A DNA stretch of 64,000 nucleotides from Phoronis australis (taxonomy: Eukaryota; Animalia; Phoronida): assembly GCA_002633005.1 (NCBI GenBank), contig NMRA01000058.1:101585-165584 (forward strand), read 5' to 3'. How positions within the stretch are numbered: position 1 is the stretch's first letter; every line of letters begins with the position of its first letter. The position numbers and the translations under genes were made by a program. This document shows positions 13,008 to 25,277 of the stretch, in pieces. A model generated the notes under the pieces. That model ran no database searches. It was given only the letters and a program-made list of their open reading frames with translations, and had not been told where the DNA came from.

Positions 13008-14570
13008 TACGGTGGCCCGAAAGTATCATCGCTATTTTAGTTTATTAATTTTTTTTTATTTTTCCTTTTCCACATAGGATGAAATATTTCAACCTAGGTG
13101 GAAATTATTTCAACCTAGGTGGAAATTATTTTCAGCCGGGTGGAAAATATTTCAACCTATGTGGAAATTATTTTCACCTGGGGGTGAAATTTTTCACCCG
13201 GGTGGAAATTATTTCAACCTAGGTGGAAATTATTTTCACCCGGGTGGAAAATATTTCAACCTAGGTGGAAATTATTTTCACCCGGGTGGAAAATATTTCA
13301 ACCTAGGTGGAAATTATTTTCACGCGGGTGGAAATTATTTCAACCTAGGTGGAAATTATTTTCACCCGGGTGGAAATTATTTTCACCCGGGTGGAAATTA
13401 TTTCAACCTAGGTGGAAATTATTTTCACCCGGGTGGAAATTATTTTCACCTGGGTGAAAATGTTATACATCCGGGCACCTATTTTCATCTGTGTTGTGAT
13501 TGGATGAAGTCTTGTAGGTGAAGGTCGATTGGGCCAGCCATTTTGTTCAACAAAGTTCAGATTAGGTTGCAATGTCGGCGCCTTATCTGCCTCTTGGATT
13601 TGCCGCGGACTTTAACAGAGACAGTGTGATTACGTATTGCTCCTAGTTCCAAAACAACTCTCTGAATAAAGTTGCCGGATTTCAGCAACGAAACCAAGCC
13701 ATTAACAAATATAGTGTATGGTGTAGAACGTTGAGAAATTTCCGATAAATAAATGACATATTATTGTTGTTGTCCAAAAGCCCCACCCTTCCCGTGCTGA
13801 CAGGTTTCAAAGACTTAAAGTTACACAACTAGCAACAAAAGGCACAGATAGTATTTTAATATCCCAGAAATGGTAAAAGACGTATGGTGAATCACATCTT
13901 ATGGATTCACAAGAGGATACAAATTTTGGTAAACAACTAGAATGATTAATGAATTATACACCAGTCTTAAAAATTACTTAACATTGTTTCTAATTAGAGT
14001 ATAATTGTCAGCAGTATCAGAAATGTCACTAACCAATAGTGTAATAAAACACATAATTTCTCATTAAAATACGTATTTGTGTATGACCATTGCAATGACA
14101 ATCACTTTCAGTAACCAGAAAAAATTCCAAATTAGTAACGTTTTCGGGGGGGGGGGTGGGCAAGCGAAATTCCTTGCACAGATTGTCCTGTATATGCTAA
14201 CACTCTAACACATATGTCTGCAAAAATGTGGTGGCAGAATGATCTAACCGATTGACATGAATAAACAAAACAAAGATCATTGTTTTTAGAGTACTACAAA
14301 AGGGTGTGCAGCTATGGCTTGACACGTGACTTGTTCCTAGCGCAAGTAGATGACGCCACGTTAACCAAACGACGTACAAGCATGAAAATAATTTCCACCC
14401 GGGTGAAAATAATTTCCACCTAGGTTGAAATAGTTTCCACCCAGGTGAAAATAGTTTCCAACCAGGTGAAAATAGTTTCCACCTAGGTTGAATTATTTCC
14501 ACCTAGGTGGAAAATGAAAAATGAAAAAATATTTAAACAAAAGTAGCGATGATACTTTCGGGCCACCGTA
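13008..14570. mobile_element. Non-autonomous TIR element with 13-bp TSD and subterminal 21-bp minisatellites
   Basis: TIR TACGGTGGCCCGAAAGTATCATCGCTA / TAGCGATGATACTTTCGGGCCACCGTA; flanks GTAATTGTATTTA and GTAATCGTATTTA. Confidence 0.9.
13080..13460. repeat. 21-bp minisatellite (AATTATTTTCACCCGGGTGGA / AATTATTTCAACCTAGGTGGA)
   Basis: About 18 tandem units; inverted array at ~14385-14510. Confidence 0.95.
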
Positions 14571-14987
14571 GTAATCGTATTTATATGAAGCTAACAACAG
14601 ACAACAACGTCATTCAGGCGGATCCCCCGAACGCTGTGCCCCGTATTGCAGTTTCATTTTTTACGTTTTCCTTCGTTTCTCTTATGTTTGTTGACAGATT
14701 TTTATGAAATTTAAGAATTACTTTCTATTAAAGAAGCGATGGCATGTTCCCATTTTCAGGTGGGTTGGACGTTTTTGCACCATTTGTGGCCATTTTTATG
14801 AAACAAACAAACAACCGTAGAAGCACACCGTTTATGGTGCATTCGTGGGCCTATTTCAATGCTCTGCGTTGCTCTTGTTTATGTTTGACTTTGTATCTTT
14901 GGAGTTCTCTGACAGATTTTCATGAAATTTGGTAATTTATTTCATGAGACAACAGCATTTTCCCAATTTTGGATGGGTTCAATGTAT

Positions 14988-15466
14988 CAGGGCTTGGAAT
15001 TTTCCGCGGAAACGTGGATTTCCGCTTTTTTCAAATGTTCTGTCCGCGTATTTTATTATATTTTCGCGTAATAAAAATCGGATTTGATGTAAAATTTCCG
15101 CGGCAAATTTCTTACCGCAGCGTTGCCGACGACTTTCACCTGGAAAAGCGGAAGTTGCTCTTTATGTTTCGGAGGAACGTAAATTGTCAACATTGCCGGG
15201 GCATCTGGGATAGTGTGGTGGATTTCCTCAATGGCGGGTCGTGTGATTGTAAACCGCGGCGACAAATACTACGACTCTGCAGCCAAAAAAGTTTGGAGGT
15301 GGGAGTGGCGGACGAGCTAAGACAGACGCAGACGCACGCTTCCGGAGGTGGTACCGTTTTTTTTTTTAGTGCTCTCGACTTTTGTCGGCAAAAGGTCCAC
15401 ACATGCGCGCATGTTTCGGGCCGTAAAAATTTCCGCGTTTTTTGCCATTGGTCATTCCAAGCCCTG
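14988..15466. mobile_element. hAT-like MITE with 6-bp TSD
   Basis: TIR CAGGGCTTGGAAT...ATTCCAAGCCCTG, flanked by ATGTAT on both sides. Confidence 0.85.
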
Positions 15467-16549
15467 ATGTATTCTGTGCCACGTAATGGCATTTTTTATG
15501 CTAGAAATAAACATCCCTTAAAGCACACCATTTGCGGGGCACATTTCAATGCTCTGCGTTGCTCTTCTAATTGTTTACGTTCACTACAACCCATACAGTA
15601 AATAGTTTACAAATAGAACTTTGAAATCATTACTAAAGTTAAGATCACACCTGCTAATTGTTGTCAGATCATGCCTAGTGCCCCCTGGTGGCAATTGTAA
15701 TTTTGATGTCCACCTTGTTATTTGCAAATCACTGCTTCATTAATGTCCATAAAATTCAGCGACTTTGTTTTTAGGTTATTAGAGAATTTTTCAGTCAATT
15801 TTCAAATGACATGAAAAGAATCTAGACACCATCACCAGTTAAGATAGTGTGACTCTACTGGTTTGTGTACCTTAAAATTTACGCACTTTGATCAAAGACT
15901 TGATGCTGCTGTAGTTAATTACATCTCCTAAAGCTGCCCGTGTTATCCTTCTCTAGATAATCATAAACACTGGAGGTTACAAAATTTTTTGTTTTGAAAG
16001 TTTTTAAGTAGCATATTTGAATATTTCATGAAAAGAGTGGTTTTTGAAAATCAGACAAGAAATGTCACTCTTACAACCTAAATTTTTGGTATAATCTTGC
16101 CACATTATGCTCTTCAATTATTCTTTTGGGTGTGCAGCATAATTGGACCAATTACCTAACCATTAAGCAGAGTTTGATTTTGAGGTAAGCCAAGTGTACA
16201 ATTCTTGGCATGAGAAGTGGCACTTTTCCCCCAACACGCAGTACTGGAAATGTTTAAAATTATGAGCACTTAGTTGTTTTCTTTGCATATAGTGGTTGGA
16301 CATTAGTGCTTGCTTTTCACATGATATTCATTCCTGTTTTTCTTGTTTCCATATATGTCAACCAACTATCTTCAAAATTAACCTTAATTTAAATATTCAT
16401 GTCTCATTTTGGAAAGTTTAAAAACCAAAACCCTCTAGTTGCAAACTTCAATGTAAACTTGCCTGTTCTTGTCATCAGTATCCTATTCTTGTTTGGGTTG
16501 TTCATATTATATGAGAACGTTTTCACAAAATGTTGTTCTTTGGTTTTAG

Positions 16550-16720
16550 GATTATAGAATGACGAGTGTTCCCCGTGGAAGAGCAATAATCATCAATAAT
16601 GAAAGATTTAAAGGAAAGTTGTCGCAGCGAACTGGAACAAATGTTGATTCCTACAACATTAACATGCTATTTCAAGGTCTTCATTTCAAGACTGTAGTTC
16701 ATAGGAACCAAACAGCTGAT
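16550..16720 (+). CDS. CARD-caspase exon 4 (p20 start)
   Basis: DYRMTSVPRGRAIIINNERF..QRTGTNVD typical caspase p20 start; AG/GT bounded; phase 0 to 0. Confidence 0.96.
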
Positions 16721-17887
16721 GTAAGTTTATTTTTAGGAGCCCCAATTACATTGAGTGGTACCTAGTAAACCCATCAATGAGAGCTCTGTGTACAATGTTT
16801 ATGCAACACAACTGAGGGTATACTATTATTGGCACCAATTGTCATTACCTGTCTATTATATTCATGGCTTAGTTGGTCCCTTAAACCTCTCTGATAAGTA
16901 AGTCTTAAAAGGAGCTTAATTGCATTGAATGCATCTTGAAATCTTCGGGTCACTGAGAAAAGGGTCACTTATAACTCTAGTGCATGTGCAATGTTTTGCC
17001 AAAAATAATTAATTTTGACCTTAAAGGCAAGTTTCAGATACCCCCTGAATATAATGCCGTGTAACTTCACAGAATCAGATAAGTCTCTTTCATGTTCGTC
17101 CAAATTTAGCAAATGTTTTATGAGATGTGTACTATATTGTAGTATTTATTCACTGTGAACTTCAAGCCTGGATCACCAGCAGATGAGTCACCCATTCTGT
17201 CATCACAAACTGGGCTTTCCCTCACAATCTATGTAATATTCTTAGACTGGTTCTGTTGAACAATGACAGGTGTAAACAATCATTTGTTATTGCATGGTGC
17301 ACAAGTCTGAGATTTTTTGATGACTGGGGCACTTTGGTGCTTATAATTTTAAAGAACGGTTCTGAGTCACGGATTTCTTTGATCAGATGCTCTATCGCAA
17401 GCTTTTTCATTCTAGGTGAATACAACGCAACTGTTCATTCCTGATCATGAAACCCACCAAATTCAATATTTGCATAGAAAATTTTGATCTTTTTTGGATT
17501 ATTTAACAAGGGAAAGTAGTTTAATATTCATCTGGCACAGTTTCTTCGTAAGAACTAGTCCATAAGGTTGTGCTCATGATCTCAGATTTTCAAGAGTTAT
17601 GAGCGTCTGGTAGGTGTTAACGTGCAGAGAAAATTGAATGAATGTCATGTTATGCATAAAAACGATGCTTTGGATTTTGATACCACAAATTAGGCAGTCT
17701 AGAGGTGGTACCAAGGTGTGGGGGTAGTTTGCAAACAAACTGCAAGAAACGGTCCCTTTAAAAGCAAATGAATACACACTTAAAGGTTGGTCATGTCTGA
17801 TTATTCTTTACTTCTCAGAGGTCTGTGGCCTCATATTACAGCACGTGTATCTAATATCATTGGTAATGAATTACCCTAACTTTTTAG

Positions 17888-18107
17888 CAAATCAAAGCTA
17901 TTCTAAGGTCTGAAGCAGCCGATGAATTCCATGAAAACGCTGACTGTTTTGTACTTGTTGTCCTGTCGCATGGAGAGCAGGATGTTATTTATGGAACAGA
18001 TGAGCAGACAGTCTCCTTCAAAGAGTTGTATGAGCAGTTTGACGGCAACAATTGCCCTCAGTTAAAGAACAAGCCCAAGCTGTTTTTCATTCAAGCGTGC
18101 CAGGGCG
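17888..18107 (+). CDS. CARD-caspase exon 5 (catalytic His and Cys)
   Basis: DCFVLVVLSHG...IYGTD...NCPQLKNKPKLFFIQACQG; AG/GT bounded; phase 0 to 1. Confidence 0.97.
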
Positions 18108-18282
18108 GTGAGTAGTTTGTTACTGGATCTGACATTATTTTGAAACACCCTAGTTGTACAGTTTTTGTATGTAGCAAGGATAATAAGTCACCATGCAAAG
18201 TGAGAATACTGTCTATTAAGTTTAACTTCTAATCATGTACTTAACACCGATGTAACATTTCCTATTCACGTCAGTCACCATT

Positions 18283-19090
18283 TTATGTGTCTAAATATTT
18301 ATATGTAAAATTACCATAATGAGAATTGGCATGTTTGTTCCTAGAAAGTTGACGATGAATTTCAGAAGGATCTGACTCTGCCGGGCACCCTAGTGGCTTT
18401 TTCACAGTTGTATCTTTGGAATTGTAGGTTTCTATTAAGGAGATGGCAACCCTCTTCCATTTTCAGACCTCTTTGCGCCACCTAGTGGCCATATTAAAAA
18501 TTTCCGAATCGTTTCTGGTGTCCGCCTTTCTATGTGCCAAACGGCATTAAGGATCATGAAAATTGTCAGGTGTCTTTCTGATGAGGAGGCCTCAGCTGGC
18601 GTTGGTTTTCAGACATGTTCGACTGCTCTGGTGCCTCCTAGTTTTTTTTTTGTTTTTTGTGAGATGTCTTTCTATGGAGCTGACAGGAGATGATGGCAAG
18701 TTTCAGAGCAATCCGACAATTGGCAATTTCGTCTTTTTTGCGTCCTTAGCTGTATCTCCTTTGAAGAGTCTTTGAGAAATTTTGCAATTGTTATACTATA
18801 AATGTAACTATGGCTGCCTACAACTTTTGGATGGTTCTGATTACATCTGTACCCACTATTGGCAATTTTAGTTTTTTGATTTGTCGTGTCTTCAGAGTTC
18901 TTTGGCGGTTTGTACTGAAACTTGGCGAACAAGATTCTGTCATGATCATAGCGATAACATCTTTCTGTTTTGGGATGTATTTGATTATCCTGGCTACCTA
19001 GTGGTCATTTTTGCCTAGTAAACACCCCTAGAAGCACACACTGTCGGTGTTATAGCCGTGGTCTCATTTCAGTGCTCTGTGCTTCTCTTG
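18283..19090 (+). mobile_element. HINE family A, degenerate copy
   Basis: CCTAGTGG subrepeats and diverged 5' and 3' ends. Confidence 0.65.
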
Positions 19091-19629
19091 CTCTATTGTT
19101 TGTGACATTCGAGTTGTCAATAGGGACATCCTTGATTGCAAAATGACATTCAAATCTTGTTGTATTCACCCACAATGCTGCAATATCTGCCAAGCAGTTT
19201 TTGTAACCTCAATTTCACACCATTGGAGTTCCACGTGTTCTTTGTTGTTGTGGTATTCTTAAGAAGTTTTCCTGGAGTATTACTAGTGTGCTGTAAATTG
19301 CAACGAGGGCAGTTGTCGGACGATTTCATTGGTGGAAACAGAAACAAACAAGTTGCTTTTTTGGGACTTGTCTCATTTAATCGCAGATTACTTTAATGTG
19401 GGACTCCGAATTCTTGTGAAGGTCATGTGAATGTAATATAAAAGATGATTATTTTATAATCCAGGTATTTTTTTGTAACAGTTGCGAAGTTCAAGGTATA
19501 TCGTCTCAATATCTATGAAAACATTCACTTGTCAAAACAGCAGGAAAAGCCAGCACATGTGGTTAACTCTGCTTTCTGACCTGTAATGTCCATGTGTCAC
19601 TCGATGCTGTTGGCATGATATCACAAAAA

Positions 19630-19978
19630 CAGAATTAGATTTTGCAGTAGAAGATAATCACTTACTTAGAGACGGTATAGGTTGGACGCAGACGTTTCGT
19701 CCTGGTCCTCCAGGTCTTTATCGATGAGTGATGGGTTTTCCACCTTTCACTGATTAAGTATGTTCGAATTCATGGGAAGTAAGTGTAGACCTCGCTCTCG
19801 GTTCAAGAGACATACTTAATCGCCGAAAGGCGGAAAACTCCTCACTCATCAATAAGGGCCTGGTGGACCTGGCCGAAACGTCTGCGTCCAACCTGTACCG
19901 TCTGTAAGTAAGTGATTATCTTCTACTGCAATGCCTCTAGAGACCAATGACCAACTTATTCTCCAGAATTAGATTTTG
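19630..19978. mobile_element. Penelope-like inverted pLTR palindrome
   Basis: ~125-bp inverted arms spanning 19642-19931 with a hammerhead-like stem-GAAACGT core; flanked by the 15-bp direct repeat CAGAATTAGATTTTG. Confidence 0.7.
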
Positions 19979-19984
19979 TACTCG

Positions 19985-20846
19985 AGGTACTGTAAGAGGG
20001 GGAACTCCATAGTCAATTTTGGTGACCTTGACTTCATTTTCAAGGACACAATGAAAAAATCACATTTGAGGCAATGTTGTTGGGCGGATATCTCAAGGAA
20101 GAAGCTTAGTATTAAGTCCATACTTTGTACTGAGGTGTAGATAGGGCAACTCCACCACCAGTTGATTTTGGTTACCTTGGCTTCATTTTCATGGTTACGG
20201 TGAAAAAATCAAGTTTTGACTTTTGACTTGGGGAAAATATTGTCGCACGATAACTCAAGAGTAGAGCATTAAATTATGTTCATATTGTTTTGGTCATCTT
20301 AACCTTGTCTTAATCATGTCATAGTGAAAAATGTAAGAATAGCACCACAACTCAGGAAGGGGGCTCGAGTGGCCATATTTGTACCAAGGTGTAGATGGAT
20401 TATCTCAATACACTAGTTGGTTTTGGAAATCTTGAGCTTGTTTTCCAGGTCACTGTGAGAAATGTAAGAGTTTGAATTGGAAAAAGTCATTTGCAATACA
20501 TTTATGAAAGAAAGTTTTACATTTTGCTCAAATGTATTTCATTGAGTTTTATTTAGTTCATATCCAGGCGCCAGGCTAATTTGGTTACCATGACCTCCTT
20601 TTCATGGTCATGTTGAGAAATATTAAGCTATAAATAAACTTTAAAGCCGAATTTTCTCATTTGAAAATGTTGTTAATTTGTATTCAATTGAGTAACCGTT
20701 TTCAAATATTGGGAAAATAGTGTTAGAAATATATTCATCTGGCTGATCTTTACACAAAACAATCATGCTAGAAAATGACAACCTAAAAATACGAGCATCC
20801 CGAGGCAGCACGGGACAATTTGGTCCTCCTGTGATATATGCTTGTT
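19985..20846 (+). repeat. HINE-like element with TGACCTTGA..CAAGGTCA tandem subrepeats
   Basis: Recurrent TTTTGGTGACCTTGACxTCATTTTCAAGGTCA about every 140 bp; related tract at ~33800-34540. Confidence 0.6.
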
Positions 20847-20856
20847 CACATTTTAG

Positions 20857-21033
20857 GGAGAACAGAGGATGCTTGTAACAGACAGATCAACTTTCCCGAA
20901 GAGCTACAGCAGGTTTCCAGTCGAATGGAAATGATGAACATTGGACAAGGAGGGGATCAGTCAGATGCCGCCACATTCTCCGAAACATCACTTTCAAAGG
21001 CAGACATCATCTTTTCATGTGCTACCTTTCCAG
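20857..21033 (+). CDS. CARD-caspase exon 6 (intersubunit linker plus p10 start)
   Basis: GRTEDA...GDQSDAATFSETSLSKADIIFSCATFP; AG/GT bounded; phase 1 to 1. Confidence 0.92.
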
Positions 21034-21593
21034 GTACAGTTAAGTGAGCTAATACAGTATAAACCCAAAGAAAATGGACAAAATTCTGTCTCCTCCTCTT
21101 GATGGGCAATTTCTCGTATAGATTCTTTTCCACTCAATTCCAGTTTAAAATGACGGGCTGTGACATTTTGTGATGTATCATTATGCCTCATAACGGTATT
21201 TTTGTAATCTCTGGTCACAATCATCTGATGCCTCCACAGTAGTCCATTATTTAGGGTAACTGGCCACATTGACTTCATTTGAATGCAAGCGGCATGATGT
21301 TAACATTACAACTTGATTATCGCCAATCATTACAATATATAGTAGCCATGAATGTTTTACTCTATCTTTCAATCTCTGGATGTTTTACGTTTTGTTTCAC
21401 CTTGGTATAAGGGTGATGCCTATGTACAACTCGGTTGCTGCAAAGTTTCAGTCACAACCATGAGTTATTGCAAAGGATCGATGCTTGTCCGAAGAGGGGA
21501 AGATTGTCCTCATGAACAGTTCAATTTTGCAAGCATTACCACTGTAAACGTTTTATTCATGTTACTAAATAATTTCATAAGGTTGGTAGAGAA

Positions 21594-22150
21594 CACATAG
21601 ATTAATTCTTATTGACACAACCAAGCAAAAACGCTGTACCATGACAGTTTCGGCTACTCACAGCAGCTATCTTCGGAAGCTATTGGACACTAGGTGGCGA
21701 GGTGATGACACTGTTCCATATTTTAGACAATTTATACCCCCCCCCCATCGTCTCTGTTCATAATTGAGCTATTTTTTCTCCCAAATAGACTCTAATCCGT
21801 CTAGATCTCAAATTATTTTCCGACTCAACAGGATAAGCGTCTTTCCAGTTAATTACGTGGTTAAAAGCAATAGCATGGTCCGTCACTGCAGATTCGTTGA
21901 TAGTATTCCAAGACCATCTCCTCTCTGAGCGTGTGACTCTACGCTGAGACAGCTCATCCACCTCCTTTCTGTGTTCGTTGAGCCTGACTGAAAACTCTCG
22001 CCCAGTCTCCCCGGTGTCTAAAATTTGGAACAGTGTCATCACCTCGCCACCTAGTGTCCAATAGCATCCGAAGATAGCTGCTGTGAGTAGCCGAAACTGT
22101 CAAAGTACAGCGTTTTTGCTTGGTTGTGTCAATAAGAATTAATCTATGTG
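21594..22150 (-). mobile_element. Penelope-like element 3' fragment: GIY-YIG C-terminus between inverted pLTRs
   Basis: GETGREFSVRLNEHRK...SAVTDHAIAFNHVINW (-); ~135-bp inverted arms at 21594-21730 and 22015-22150. Confidence 0.9.
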
Positions 22151-22779
22151 CTTTATTCAAGTTGTCTAAATATACGCGAGACAATGGAACATGTCATTGG
22201 ATTGTGCATTTTAAATAGGGATCCAATAACAATATTACTGGGTTCTTTCACACCATAACAAAGTCAAGAGCCAAAACGTTGAATATTAATACAACTCTTC
22301 ATATGCTTAAAATTACCAACTGATAACTTCACTGAGGATGGGCAAAAAGAACCGACATCGAATTGCAAATACATTGAAACAAATGGCCAAACAAACTTTA
22401 TCTTTTTTAGCGAAGAACGTCATAAATTTCCTGTGCACTACCATTGTTTGTTTTAAAATTTCCTATATCTTGCCTTTGAAAATAATACATTTTAATTACG
22501 GTACTCAATCCTATACATTCATGCAAAATTGAGACCTGTGACCGACAAAACAGAAACGTGGAGATTTTTGTAAATCTCAGTTTTCGTGACCACTTATCAT
22601 GGTAGGTGGAGGTTGGCATGTTGGTGGCGTGAGTTATGGAACAGGCATTTTGTACACTGTCTTTCATTGTGCTTGTACTGTGCTTGAATATTAAAGTTAT
22701 TAAACATGGTGCAAGTGCTGTGTATTTTGTAATGAAAATAAAACGACATTGTCAATATGTTGGATTTGTAATGGACAAT

Positions 22780-23878
22780 TTTTATGGACTCTCAAAAATT
22801 TGTGGTCGTATATAGTTGACATTCAGTCGCTCCATCCGCTTTCCATCCTTTATTTGTCTGCGCGTTGGCCAGTAGCTTTGCTTGTCCTGAATTAATAAAA
22901 AAAGTGACTGATGGATCACCATGAAGTTTGGAACAAAGTTATACAGTGGGTGATGCGCCCGATTCAACTACTGTGGTAACCCTTGTTAGCAGTTTTAGTA
23001 TTCAACAAGGAAATCTTCATCAGTTAGTTTTTGGCGGAATTACTCAATTTTGCGGAAACTTGACGGAGAGGTTTGTGATAAGCATGTACTGACTCCAGCT
23101 GATTTGATTACCATGGCACCCCCTGTTATCAGAATTAGTTTTTTACAAAAAATGTATTTGTACTACAAGTTTTTGTCAAAATGACTTGTGCAATTTTGTC
23201 AAAACTTGACACAGAGGTATGTGGCAGGAATATTCCACCTCCAGTCCATTTTCAAATGGATTTAACTGCTGTTGAAACCGTGCTGGCTCATGAAATTCCT
23301 TGTCGGTCAATCTTTGGCATAATGACTTGTTGAATTTTTTCAAATCTTTGCTCAGAGGTATGTGGTGGGAATAACCCACCATCAGTCAATTTTTGGACAA
23401 ATTCAAAATTTGTGCCACACTATGTTGGCTACTATATTTTTCAACAAGGAATTTTTGCCAGACTGAGTTTTTGGCAAAACCACTTGATGAGTTTTTCCGA
23501 CACTTGTCTGAGACTTGTGTGGTGGGAATGTGCCAACACCAATCAATCTTCAGATAGATTAGACTAATGTATTTGCATGCCTATTTTTTTAGTTTTTGGA
23601 AGGATTCAAATATTGTCAGTGGCACCCCTTTTTCCCTGGTTTAGTTTTTAACAAAATTTCTTTATCGGTCAGTCTTTGACAAAATGACTTGAAACAAAAC
23701 AGTGTTTGAAATGCACTAGCACCAGTCGCTTTTTGGACGGACTTGACCCACTATTGGCCATTTTAGTTTTCTACTGGATTTTACTTGTGCACTATTTCAT
23801 GTTACTAATAAAGTCAAACTGCTTTAGAAGCATACTGTGGCTGTGGGTGTTTTTCCATGCTTTGCATTGCCCATGTTT
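22780..23878 (+). mobile_element. Old HINE-like element (another family)
   Basis: T-tract start, CCAT-like microsatellite, diverged ~140-bp subrepeats, 3' hairpin ending TGTT. Confidence 0.45.
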
Positions 23879-24755
23879 CATACTGCGTCATTTCATGCGC
23901 CCACCTGTACAAATTCATAGATGGAACCCCGTAAAATTTGACAGATATAGACTTATCACTTGGACCAATGAAATTTGTGCTGTATCCATTTAAGACAGTT
24001 AAAGATGCATAATCTCATTAAATTGTGAATATGCAAATGAAGCACTAATTTGCAAACAAATCCTCCAGTTTGCCCAAAACCATCTGAGAATCTTTAACCA
24101 TTAAATCTCGCGAAAGTCATATTTTTGCGAGGCTAATTTTATGTAAATAAGTATGGTAATATTCCATCAGTACCCTAATGAGACAAGGCACAGTTTTTAT
24201 TATTTGTTTATTTCATCATCAAATAACGATTGCATAATATTTGAAATGACTAGGGTTTTCTATTTGTTCTCACTTGTTTTTAAGTGTATCAGTTGTGGTG
24301 CTTTCTTTAAAACTGCAATTTATTTACAAATTATTTCTTTTCTTGGTTATAATTGTACAAACTGTTCTCTAGAAAGTCACTAGGTGGCGCTTGCTACAAG
24401 TTTAAATATTTACGGTTTTAATGAGACGTAGCACCTCTTAGTCTTAGCATGCATTATGAACTTTATCTCTATCAATCTAGTTCTGTAAAAATCTGCATGA
24501 AGTAGCATAGAATTTTAAAGCCCTTCTGTTTTTGCAGCTGGGTTTCATTCCGACTGTTATTTTGGGCAATGCTACACCTAGTGACTATTTTAGTTTTACG
24601 ACCTGTTCTTTGTCCAGCACACTATACAAAAGATTTTAATGAGATTTAGCATGTATGTTTAGATAATGGAAAGAATGTCTATTTTCAAACCATGTTTTTT
24701 ACTATGTCATGTATTCTTCTCTCCATTTTTTATCTCTTATTTGCTTACTTGACAG

Positions 24756-24865
24756 AGTACATATCATGGCGTAATGAAGACTATGGGAGCTGGTTCATAC
24801 GAGCAATTTGCGAGGTGTTCCAGGACTGGGCATGTGAGGATGATTTGATAGAACTGCTTAGAAAG
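24756..24865 (+). CDS. CARD-caspase exon 7 (p10 substrate loop)
   Basis: (E)YISWRNEDYGSWFIRAICEVFQDWACEDDLIELLRK; AG/GT bounded; phase 1 to 0. Confidence 0.97.
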
Positions 24866-25277
24866 GTATATTAACTAGTACCCTTGTTGTTCGGACATGG
24901 TACCCCGAACGTTGACAGCTCCTTGTACATTTTCTAATAACTATTTGTTTATTTATTTTTTCTACGAGGGAACTGCCCTTCTGTTGGTATCCTGAGGTGT
25001 TGTCAATTGCAGCCTCTACATCCTTTTATATTGTAGAACACTTATGAATGATTTGGAACTCTAAATATTGGAATGAACTTAAAGTAACCTTTCAATCACT
25101 CATTTCAGTTTTGTGGTAACTTTATGCTGAATAATTGTAAATTCATAACGTAAATGATACGCTTACAAGGAAGTCACACATTTCCAAAGATATTTGGGAA
25201 TTGTCACCGCTCGTCCTTCTGAGCGGCTCTTGCCGTCATCAAGAGTTGGATACAGTTGAGATGACCACATCATTGTT

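Larger units (their letters stand above)
11638..15566 (+). mobile_element. HINE family A composite copy, interrupted by two DNA transposons
   Basis: Family 5' end at 11638, subrepeats, 3' ends at ~14878 and ~15566. Confidence 0.85.

Noticed and set aside
13080-13460. CRISPR-like repeat array
   Set aside because: No unique spacers, eukaryotic context, no cas genes
13159-13521. ORF with GGNYFHP/GGNYFNL heptad repeats
   Set aside because: Translation of the 21-bp subterminal minisatellite of a TIR element, mirrored on the opposite strand at the other end
14969-15601. 210-aa ORF
   Set aside because: Runs through a GC-rich hAT-like MITE and a HINE; no recognisable domain
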